Shown: positions 56,553-64,000 of the stretch, one piece after another
Position numbering within the stretch: the stretch's first letter is position 1
Layout of the letters: each line of letters starts with the position of its first letter
Assembly: GCA_038733315.1 (NCBI GenBank)
Contig: JAVYPJ010000001.1
Coordinates: 318,832 to 382,831 of the forward strand
Direction of reading: 5' to 3'
Source of the DNA: Candidatus Aenigmatarchaeota archaeon
GTDB lineage: Archaea > Aenigmatarchaeota > Aenigmatarchaeia > CG10238-14 > SpSt-28
Length of the DNA: 64,000 nt
Notes under the pieces: generated by a model
Told to the model about the DNA's origin: nothing
What the model saw: the letters and a program-made list of their open reading frames with translations, nothing else
The model's database searches: none
Position numbers and translations under genes: made by a program

Positions 56553-57910
56553 AGGTTGGTTTAGAAATTCACGTTCAATTAAAAACAAAAGAAAAACTTT
56601 TTTGTAAATGTAGCTCAGAATATAGAGATAAAAAACCTAATGAAAACATTTGTCCTATATGCACTGGTCAACCAGGTAGCAAACCTATGAATGCTAATTT
56701 GGAGGCAATAAAAAATCTTTTAAAAATAGGTTTAATACTTAATTGTGAAATAGTTAGAGAAAGAATAAGATTTTTGAGAAAACATTATTTTTATCCAGAT
56801 TTACCTAAGAACTATCAAATAACTTCAGAACCTATAATGAAAAATGGTAATTTTTTTGGAATAAGGATTAGAGAAATTCATTTGGAAGAAGATCCTGGAA
56901 GATATGATTTAAGAAACGGATATGTTGATTTTAATAGGTCTGGAATCCCATTGGCTGAAATAGTTACAGAGCCAGATTTTAATTCAATAGAACAAATTGA
57001 AGATTGGTTAGATAAATTTTACACTTTTTTAAAATTTTCTAATTCAATAGTAGAAGATCCTGGAAGTATTAGAATAGATGTAAATATTTCTACAAAAGGA
57101 GAAAGAGTTGAAATAAAAAATGTAACTGGAATAAAAAACGTAATAAAAGCAATAAAATACGAATTACTTAGACAAGAAAGAAGTTTAAAAATAGGTAAAG
57201 AAATAAAAAGGGAAACTAGGCATTTTGATGAGGAAAAGAAAATTACAGTACCATTAAGAGAAAAAGAGTATGTTGAAGATTATAGGTATATTCCAGAACC
57301 AGATTTGCCGAGTTTTAAAATAAATGAAGAATTAATTAACGAAGTAAAAAAAGATTTAATAATCGTTTCTGAAGAAGAGAAAAAGTTAAAAGAAGTTTAT
57401 AAAATTAACGAAGAATATATTAAAAAAATTATAAAAAATCCAGTATTACTTATTTCAATTAATAAAATTTTTGAAAATGTTAAAAAAGACTTTAATAAAA
57501 TAGCGGAATTAATTACTGATTACGTTTATCCTATATGCGGGGATAAAAATATAAATTTATTAAATCTTTTAGAGGATAATAATTTTTTGGAAAATTTAGA
57601 GGAAATAGTTGAAAATCTGGATAAAATAGATAGAAAAAAGTTAAGAGAAATAGTCGAAGTTTTAATTTCTGGTAAAAATCCAATAGAATATGCAAAAGAG
57701 AAAAATTATTTTTTAGAGGGTGTCTCTGAGGAAGAAATAAAAAAAGTAATAGAAATGGTAATAAACGAAGAAAAAGAAGCTATAGAAGATTACAAAAAAG
57801 GAAATGCTAAGGCAATAAATTATTTAATTGGAAAGACTATTCAAAAACTTAAAAAAAGGGTTGATGTAAAGATTATAGATAAGTTTTTAAGAGAATTTCT
57901 ATCAAAATAA
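56543..57910 (+). CDS. gatB: Asp-tRNA(Asn) amidotransferase subunit B
   Basis: VGLEIHVQL start, the CPICTGQPG motif, and a GatB/YqeY C-terminal domain. Confidence 0.9.
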   Translation: MEMKVGLEIHVQLKTKEKLFCKCSSEYRDKKPNENICPICTGQPGSKPMNANLEAIKNLLKIGLILNCEIVRERIRFLRKHYFYPDLPKNYQITSEPIMKNGNFFGIRIREIHLEEDPGRYDLRNGYVDFNRSGIPLAEIVTEPDFNSIEQIEDWLDKFYTFLKFSNSIVEDPGSIRIDVNISTKGERVEIKNVTGIKNVIKAIKYELLRQERSLKIGKEIKRETRHFDEEKKITVPLREKEYVEDYRYIPEPDLPSFKINEELINEVKKDLIIVSEEEKKLKEVYKINEEYIKKIIKNPVLLISINKIFENVKKDFNKIAELITDYVYPICGDKNINLLNLLEDNNFLENLEEIVENLDKIDRKKLREIVEVLISGKNPIEYAKEKNYFLEGVSEEEIKKVIEMVINEEKEAIEDYKKGNAKAINYLIGKTIQKLKKRVDVKIIDKFLREFLSK

Positions 57911-57916
57911 AATGTT

Positions 57917-58894
57917 TTAAATTTTTTCTATAATATTCTCTCTAACTTTAAAGATTTTTCCTAAGAATTTTTCTATAGTATAAATATTTGTAAGTGTATG
58001 ATTAGATATTTCTTCAACTTTTATTGTAGATTTTTCTTCACATAGTGCTAAATAAATTAAGATTTGATCTGCCATATATCTATCTAAACATGCATTAGAA
58101 TTTTCAGCATTTTTTAGATTATTGATAGCAATCTTTGAATTTTCTAAACTATCGCTTCCTAAAACGCAATTCTCATAATAAGATGCAATAGTAACAGAAA
58201 AACCTTTACTTAATGTTTTTTCATTCCTTATCTTTAATTCAACACCTTTTAATTCATTTTTTATAACTTCAGCTTCTTCTCTTATTCTTTTTTCATCTTC
58301 AAATGCAGAAATTCTTGCTACATATTTTAAAAAATTCTTTCTTTCAATCATTTCTATACCATTTAATTTTTTTATTGGGTAAATCTCTATTTCAATTATT
58401 CCTCCACCCTTTGGATAAAATCCATGTTTTACTATATTAATTTCTGGTTTTTCTATTCCTAAAAACTTTAAGTTTTCAAACTTAACTAAATCTAAATAAT
58501 CTATTGTTGGTGCGTGTAATACACATGTGCCACCAATTATTCTTAATTTGACTTTTTTATTTGAAAGAAAAGAGATTATCGGAAAAATAGTTTGTAAAAA
58601 TAAAGAAATGCTGCCAGCAGTTCCAATATTAATTTCTTCAAAATTTAGGATATTTTCTTCTTTCGGAATAAATTCGATTTCAGTACTTCCAATATATAAT
58701 CCTTTAACTTCTGCGTTTAATAATTTAGCTGCAAACTTTGCTCCAGCTAAATGTTGAGCTTTCAATCCTGGTTGTGGTCTATTTTTTCTAATATTATAAA
58801 TTCTAAAAGGTTTTTTAAGAATGCAAGATAAAGCTATCGAAGTCCTTAAAATTTGACCGCCACCCTCTAAATAACTACCATCTATTTCAATCAT
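57917..58894 (-). CDS. rtcA: RNA 3'-terminal phosphate cyclase
   Basis: MIEIDGSYLEGGGQILRTSIALS signature N-terminus. 325 aa. Confidence 0.85.
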   Translation of the reverse strand: MIEIDGSYLEGGGQILRTSIALSCILKKPFRIYNIRKNRPQPGLKAQHLAGAKFAAKLLNAEVKGLYIGSTEIEFIPKEENILNFEEINIGTAGSISLFLQTIFPIISFLSNKKVKLRIIGGTCVLHAPTIDYLDLVKFENLKFLGIEKPEINIVKHGFYPKGGGIIEIEIYPIKKLNGIEMIERKNFLKYVARISAFEDEKRIREEAEVIKNELKGVELKIRNEKTLSKGFSVTIASYYENCVLGSDSLENSKIAINNLKNAENSNACLDRYMADQILIYLALCEEKSTIKVEEISNHTLTNIYTIEKFLGKIFKVRENIIEKI

Positions 58895-58920
58895 AAAATA
58901 AATTTTAAAATATTAAAGAA

Positions 58921-58991
58921 TGGGTCCGCCCGGAGTTGAACCGGGTTCTCCGCCTCGTAAGGGCGGCGTCCTACCGTTAGACTACGGACCC
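58921..58991 (-). tRNA. tRNA-Val (anticodon TAC)
   Basis: Reverse complement: GGGUCCG acceptor, anticodon stem CCGCC/GGCGG with loop CUUACGA. Confidence 0.8.
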
Positions 58992-59038
58992 ATAAATTTA
59001 TCAGAGATAATAAAGTTAAATTCTTCGTATAATATCAT

Positions 59039-59135
59039 TGGGGCCGCTGGGATTCGAACCCAGGTCAGCGGGTTTCTTCACTTTTCTGAGCTCCATTTCT
59101 GGAGCCCGCCGTCCTGCCATCTAGACGACGGCCCC
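59039..59135 (-). tRNA. tRNA-Trp (anticodon CCA) with ~24-nt intron
   Basis: GGGGCCG acceptor. Anticodon stem GCGGG/CCCGC split after the CUCCAG loop. Intron UGGAGC is complementary to exon GCUCCA (BHB). Confidence 0.75.
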
Positions 59136-59177
59136 ATAAATTGTTAAGATTTTTATATCTTTTCATAAAATATTTAT

Positions 59178-59576
59178 ATGGCCGAATTTAGACTAAGGGG
59201 GTATACTTTGGAAGAATTAGAGAGAATGAGCTTAGAGGAGCTTGCAAAAAAAGTTTTTGATGCGAGAGTTAGAAGAAAAATTTTAAAAAGAGGATTTACT
59301 GAGCAAGAAAAAAAGTTTTTAGAAAAAATTAAAGAAATAAAACAAAAAAATCCGAATAAATTTATAAAAACGCATTTAAGACAAATGCCAATTTTACCTA
59401 TAATGGTTGGATTAACTATTGGAGTACATAACGGAAAAGAGTTTGTGCCAGTAAAAATAAGGCCAGAAATGATTGGTAGAAGATTGGGCGAGTTTTCAAT
59501 AACAATAAAAGAGGTAAAGCATAGTGGACCTGGGATTGGGGCTACTAGGGGAACTAAATTCTTATCTGTGAAATGA
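59178..59576 (+). CDS. rps19: 30S ribosomal protein S19 (uS19)
   Basis: MVGLTIGVHNGKEFVPVKIRPEMIGRRLGEFSIT..HSGPGIGAT is a close match to archaeal S19. Confidence 0.9.
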   Translation: MAEFRLRGYTLEELERMSLEELAKKVFDARVRRKILKRGFTEQEKKFLEKIKEIKQKNPNKFIKTHLRQMPILPIMVGLTIGVHNGKEFVPVKIRPEMIGRRLGEFSITIKEVKHSGPGIGATRGTKFLSVK

Positions 59577-59926
59577 TTGCTTCGGCATATATTAAAAATC
59601 TTAGAATTTCTACTAAGCATGCAAAATATATTTCGAAAATTATTAGAGGTAAAAATGTGTTAAAAGCTAAGAGATTTTTGGAGTTGGTATCCCAACAAAA
59701 ATTAACCTTAGATGGAAAAAAGTATTATTTAAACGCTACAAGAGCAATTTTAAAAGCGCTAGAAAGTGCTATAGCTAATGCAAAAGTTAAAGGCTTAGAT
59801 GAGAATAAGTTAAAAATAAAAATAATAGAAGCTCATAAGGGATCTAAAATAAGAACTCCTAAAAGGGTTAAGTTTAGGGGTAGGGAAAAGAAAAATACTC
59901 ATATTAAAATTGTTTTATCCTATTAA
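59573..59926 (+). CDS. rpl22: 50S ribosomal protein L22 (uL22)
   Basis: Overlapping start. ISTKHAKYISKIIRGKNVLKAKRFLE motif. Confidence 0.85.
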   Translation: MIASAYIKNLRISTKHAKYISKIIRGKNVLKAKRFLELVSQQKLTLDGKKYYLNATRAILKALESAIANAKVKGLDENKLKIKIIEAHKGSKIRTPKRVKFRGREKKNTHIKIVLSY

Positions 59927-60515
59927 TATGGGGGCTACTGAAAAGAAAATTATTACTCAAAAAATTGTTGAAGTAGAGTTGGAGGATTATCTAAAAAATA
60001 TTTTTGAAAAGGCTGAATATAGCGGTTTAAGAGTGGAGAAAACCCCTATACTTACTAGAATATTTGTTTTTGTTGGTAAGCCTGCGATAGCAATCGCTAG
60101 ATTAAGAAGAAGGGAAGAAGAAATAAAGGAAACTTTAACTAAAAACTATAACATTCTTAATCCTCAAATTGTAATTCAAGAGGTTCAAAATCCATATTTA
60201 GATGCGAGAATTATAGCTTATAGAATAAAAAAAGCTATAGAAAAAGGTATAAATTTTAAAAAAGCAGCATTATTTTATATCGAGCGCTGCATGGAGAACG
60301 GAGCTTTAGGAATAGAAGTTAGAATCGCCGGAAAATTATTAGGTAAAGAGAGAAGTGCAGCTTATAAGTTTCGAAAAGGATATATTTTACATACAGGATT
60401 TCTTAAGGAAATGTATATTGACGAAGCAAAACAACAAGCTATAATTCCTGTTGGAATAGTTGGAATAAGAGTAAGAATACTTAAATACTTACCTCCACTA
60501 GTTTCTGCTAAATAA
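59910..60515 (+). CDS. rps3: 30S ribosomal protein S3 (uS3)
   Basis: KH-domain N-terminus. GIEVRIAGKL motif. Confidence 0.85.
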   Translation: MFYPINMGATEKKIITQKIVEVELEDYLKNIFEKAEYSGLRVEKTPILTRIFVFVGKPAIAIARLRRREEEIKETLTKNYNILNPQIVIQEVQNPYLDARIIAYRIKKAIEKGINFKKAALFYIERCMENGALGIEVRIAGKLLGKERSAAYKFRKGYILHTGFLKEMYIDEAKQQAIIPVGIVGIRVRILKYLPPLVSAK

Positions 60516-60724
60516 TGGCCATTTTAAGAATTAAAGAGATAAGAGAGATGAAAAATGAGGATTTAATTGAAAGGTTAAATAGATTAAGAGAGGAGTTAGA
60601 GAAATTAAGGATGCAAACTCAAATGAAAAGACCTATAAAAAATACGAGTAGAATAAGAGAGCTAAGAAGGACTATTGCAAGAATTCTTACAGTTTTAAGA
60701 GAGAGAGGTATAAAAATTCGATGA
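60515..60724 (+). CDS. rpl29: 50S ribosomal protein L29 (uL29)
   Basis: 69 aa. LRIKEIREMKNEDLIERLNRLREEL. Confidence 0.8.
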   Translation: MAILRIKEIREMKNEDLIERLNRLREELEKLRMQTQMKRPIKNTSRIRELRRTIARILTVLRERGIKIR

Positions 60725-61008
60725 GCGAGGTTTGCCAAATTTGCGGATTACCAAAAGATTTATGTGTTTGTGAAAAGAAAGTAGAAGAAAAAATTATTGT
60801 AAGAGTTGAGAGAAGGAGCTTAGGTAAAATAGTTACTCTGATAAGTGGAATTCAAGAGAATCTAAAAGAAATTTCTAGTAAACTAAAGAGCAGACTTGGA
60901 TGTGGAGGAACTGTAAAAAACGGAATTATTGAATTGCAAGGGGATCATAGAAGAAGAATTAGAGAGTTGCTAAATGAGCTTGGTTTTAAGAATGTAGAAA
61001 TTTATTAG
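60721..61008 (+). CDS. Translation initiation factor SUI1 (aIF1)
   Basis: N-terminal Cys4 knuckle (CQICGLPKDLCVC) plus SUI1 core (IVRVERRSLGKIVT...GCGGTVKNG..IELQGDHR). Confidence 0.8.
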   Translation: MSEVCQICGLPKDLCVCEKKVEEKIIVRVERRSLGKIVTLISGIQENLKEISSKLKSRLGCGGTVKNGIIELQGDHRRRIRELLNELGFKNVEIY

Positions 61009-62117
61009 CTTATTGGTTCAAAAATTATATTTTTCTTTTTAGCATATTCATAACATTTTTTAATTTCCTCATAGTTTAATCTTCTTGAAATTTCTGGAAA
61101 CTTATAGGGAAATTTTTCTACTAAGTATTCTGGCCTATATTGATCCATTATGTTAACTAATACATTCGGTAATTTTTCTGAAATATAATCCAAAATTTTA
61201 TATGTGCAACATTCTAAATGATTTGGCAAAACTAAATGTCTTATTATTATATTTTCGCCAAAATCGTGAATTATTTTATGGTTTCTTGAAACAACTTCAA
61301 AATAATTTTTTATTTTACTATATTTGAAAGCGCATTGATTATTACCATATTTAAAATCGGGTAGCCAAATATCTATTAAATCTAATAACAAATTTAAGCT
61401 TTCTTTTGTCATGTACATATTCGAATTCCAAAGTAATGCAATATTTTCATTAAAATATTTCAAACTTTCTAAGATTGTATGTAAGTTTTGATCTGGATTA
61501 CCACCAACAAAGTTTATGTTTATCGCGCCTTCTTCACATAATTCTTTTTCTATTTTCGAAAGTTCCATAGGATTAACTTCAAAACCATTCTTAGGGTTTT
61601 GGCTTATATCCCAATTTTGACAATATACACATTTAAAACTACAGCCAGTAAAAAATATTGTACCAGAAGGAATTAGTGGTGCTTCTTCTCCATAATGTAA
61701 AAAAGCAGATGCAACTCTAGTAACATTATCCAATCCGCATTTTCCCTTTTCATTTTCTAATCTTTTTGCAAGGCACATATTTTCACAAAATCTGCATGGA
61801 GACAGCATTCTATATGCTAGCTCTATTTTAACATCTAAAAAGTTTAACTTATCTTTTTCAAAAATTAAATTAATATTTTTGCCTCTTTTTATGTTTTCGA
61901 GTAAAGCTATAAATTCGTTTCTTAATTCTGAATGGATTTTCCATAATTCGTTCTCTTCTAATTCTTTTAAATTTAAACTTTCTTTGAGAATTATAGATTT
62001 TGCAATTAAATATTTGGCTATAACTTCTTTTTTTAAGATTTTATAATACCAGTTAAGCTTTTCTTTAACTTCTTTATTCTTCCATATACTTACAGAATCA
62101 AATCTAAAAAATACCAT
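61005..62117 (-). CDS. Radical SAM protein, PflX-like (COG1313)
   Basis: CSFKCVYCQNWDIS CxxxCxxC motif. Additional Cys pairs CRFCENMC. 370 aa. Confidence 0.65.
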   Translation of the reverse strand: MVFFRFDSVSIWKNKEVKEKLNWYYKILKKEVIAKYLIAKSIILKESLNLKELEENELWKIHSELRNEFIALLENIKRGKNINLIFEKDKLNFLDVKIELAYRMLSPCRFCENMCLAKRLENEKGKCGLDNVTRVASAFLHYGEEAPLIPSGTIFFTGCSFKCVYCQNWDISQNPKNGFEVNPMELSKIEKELCEEGAININFVGGNPDQNLHTILESLKYFNENIALLWNSNMYMTKESLNLLLDLIDIWLPDFKYGNNQCAFKYSKIKNYFEVVSRNHKIIHDFGENIIIRHLVLPNHLECCTYKILDYISEKLPNVLVNIMDQYRPEYLVEKFPYKFPEISRRLNYEEIKKCYEYAKKKNIIFEPIS

Positions 62118-62126
62118 AAAAATTTT

Positions 62127-63248
62127 ATGAGGTTTAAAGAAATTCCAAAAGAGCTTTTGAAAAGAGTTTATAAATGGAAAGTTTTAATAGAAAGTAAAAA
62201 TGAATTTTTTGGAAGTTCTCCGCCAAGTATTTTCGTATCTTCTGTGAATTATCCAAAAGTTAATATTGGTGCACTCTCTTTACCAATAATAGATGAGAAT
62301 AGCTATTATTTAGATTCTCCAGAGCTTTGGTATAAAGATGGTTTAGGTTTTGAGGAGATTATTGATTTAAGGTCTAGATTAATATACTCTTTTCAAAACG
62401 TTAACATCAAAAGAAAATTTAATTTTATTGAGAAAATTCAAGAATTGGCTTTAGCTAAGAATGTTGTAGATTTAGAGGTTAAACTAAAGAATAAACCGAA
62501 ATTTAAGTTTTTGTTCGATAGGTTTATTTCTCCTATAGGTAATCCTGCAAAAATGGAAAATTTAAAAATTCAAAGTAATGTTAAGATTGAAAATTTTGTT
62601 GAAAGAATTATTAACGATGAAATAAAAGCTTATGATGCAGTTTTTTTACTTTATGAAAAGAATTTAGAAGTTTCGAGAATTCAAAAAATTTTTTCTGCTG
62701 GGTTATTGGGAATAGAGAAAAAGATTATTCCAACAAGATGGAGTATTACAGCTATAGATAGTATTATTAGCGATAAATTGATAAAGAGAATCAGAGAGTA
62801 TAAAATCTTAGATAAATTTCGGGTTTTTTATAATGAATATTTAGGGAACAAGTTTTGGATAGTTTTGTTGCCATACGTTTTTGGTTTTGAAATGGTAGAA
62901 TTCATTGGAAATAAAATTTATCAAGATTATGAAATATTTTTTGAAAGAAAAAAGTATGCTGAAAATGTTGCAGGTGGTTATTATGCAGCTAGATTAGCAT
63001 GCTGTGAATATTTAGAAAAAATAAGGAGACAAGCTGCTATTATAGTTTTTAGAAAGGTAGAAAAACTTTTTACAATTCCTTTGGGTGTGTGGAAAGTTAG
63101 AGAGTGTGTAAGAGGCGCTTTTAATAATAAATCAATAGAATTTAATTCTCAAGAGGAATTAGAGAAATATTTAATCGAAAATAATTTAGATATAAGCCTT
63201 AGCAAAATTTTAAAAATTTATAAAACTCAGAAAACCCTTATAATATAA
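62127..63248 (+). CDS. Conserved hypothetical protein
   Basis: 373-aa soluble ORF divergent from the radical SAM gene. Family not recognised from sequence alone. Confidence 0.3.
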   Translation: MRFKEIPKELLKRVYKWKVLIESKNEFFGSSPPSIFVSSVNYPKVNIGALSLPIIDENSYYLDSPELWYKDGLGFEEIIDLRSRLIYSFQNVNIKRKFNFIEKIQELALAKNVVDLEVKLKNKPKFKFLFDRFISPIGNPAKMENLKIQSNVKIENFVERIINDEIKAYDAVFLLYEKNLEVSRIQKIFSAGLLGIEKKIIPTRWSITAIDSIISDKLIKRIREYKILDKFRVFYNEYLGNKFWIVLLPYVFGFEMVEFIGNKIYQDYEIFFERKKYAENVAGGYYAARLACCEYLEKIRRQAAIIVFRKVEKLFTIPLGVWKVRECVRGAFNNKSIEFNSQEELEKYLIENNLDISLSKILKIYKTQKTLII

Positions 63249-63274
63249 TAAGAATTTTTGCAGTTTAGAAATTG

Positions 63275-63306
63275 TACTGCACAAATTTATTAATTTTTGT
63301 GCAGTA
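63275..63306. repeat. Inverted repeat TACTGCACAAA-N10-TTTGTGCAGTA followed by a T-tract
   Basis: 11-bp perfect arms in the 115-nt gap upstream of the AAA ATPase gene. A partial third TGCAGT copy lies at 63261. Confidence 0.5.
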
Positions 63307-63363
63307 TGATTTTTATGATAAAAAATAAATTGGAAAAATTTTTAATTAACTAAATAATTTATA

Positions 63364-64000
63364 TGGAAAACTATAAAGATAAGTTAATAGAATCTATAGA
63401 GGAGTTCTGGAGAAAAGAATTACCAATTTTGAAAGAAAGGGAAGTAAAGATAGATTTGGAAACAGAGCTTATTAACGATATAATAGGTGTTAGAAGGGCT
63501 GGAAAAACATCGGCAATGTTATTAACTATAAGTAAATTAGGAAAAGAAAGATGTATTTACTTAAATTTTGAAAATAGGAAGCTATTTCCTTTAACTAATA
63601 AGTACTTTGATGCTATAGTCGAGTTTATCTATGGTAGAGAATTACTTAAAAAATTTGGAAAAATTTACTTATTTCTAGATGAAGTTCAAAGGATAAACGA
63701 GTGGGAAAGATATGTAAGAAGTATTTATGATGAGTTTAAGGGTAAAATAAAAATATTCATTTCTGGATCAACTTCTAAATTATCAGCTTCAGAACTTTCA
63801 ACTTTGCTAAGTGGGAGACATATTACTACTTATGTATTTCCGTTGAGTTTTAGGGAATTCTTAGGCTTTAAGGAGTTTAAGATTCCAAGTTTCTATATAG
63901 AGGAAGATAGGGCAAGAGTGTTAAGATTCTTAAAGGAATATATTGAATTTGGTGGTTTTCCAGAGGTGGTTTTAAGTGATAAAAAAGAAGAAATTCTTCA
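63364..64000 (+). CDS. AAA+ ATPase, DUF4143/COG1373-type (5' partial, runs off window)
   Basis: ATG at 63364. IIGVRRAGKTSAM Walker A and LFLDEVQ Walker B. No stop before the window end. Confidence 0.6.

Noticed and set aside
58920-59147. 75-aa plus-strand ORF spanning tRNA-Val and tRNA-Trp
   Set aside because: It lies entirely across two well-formed tRNA genes. The GVEPGSP-type translation is typical of tRNA antisense/sense artefacts.
59174-59620. 148-aa minus-strand ORF antisense to rps19
   Set aside because: The plus-strand frame encodes an unmistakable S19. The minus-strand frame is a low-complexity shadow.
1-64000. CRISPR arrays, IS elements and integrases
   Set aside because: No series of regularly spaced direct repeats, no transposase or integrase-like ORF, and no terminal inverted repeats flanking a gene block were seen.

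Overview
This is an AT-rich (~30% GC), gene-dense archaeal chromosome segment. Gene content and broken ribosomal operons point to a reduced-genome DPANN/Nanoarchaeota-like lineage, though this is inferred from content only. I can support about 80 protein genes, 12 tRNA genes and an SRP RNA. Five of the tRNAs carry introns, including two tRNA-Ser paralogs. The SRP (7S) RNA sits in a GC-rich island on the minus strand. I also call two small loci that share a box C/D-like sRNA architecture. Core functions present are translation (PheRS alpha and beta, HisRS, a non-discriminating AspRS followed by gatCAB, aIF5A, SUI1, the CCA-adding enzyme, Dph2, RtcA, and ribosomal proteins L3, L23, L37ae, S19, L22, S3 and L29), partial glycolysis (apgM, eno, tpiA, PfkB kinase), pyrG, adk, and an N-glycosylation/surface cluster (Dpm1-like, GT-C and GT2 transferases). 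A KvAP-like voltage-gated K+ channel is also encoded. There is no CRISPR array and no obvious transposon. The parts that remain unexplained are these. (a) An accessory-looking block between tRNA-Cys and hisS encodes a KaiC-like ATPase, a transglutaminase-like protein and a V4R-like/PaaK-like adenylating enzyme/methyltransferase operon. (b) A thymidylate-synthase-fold protein carries a long N-terminal extension. (c) A MEMO1-like protein is paired with a radical SAM enzyme (the AmmeMemoRadiSam pair). (d) There are several Cys-rich or nuclease-like hypothetical proteins. (e) Both tRNA-Ser introns carry conserved C/D-like motifs.
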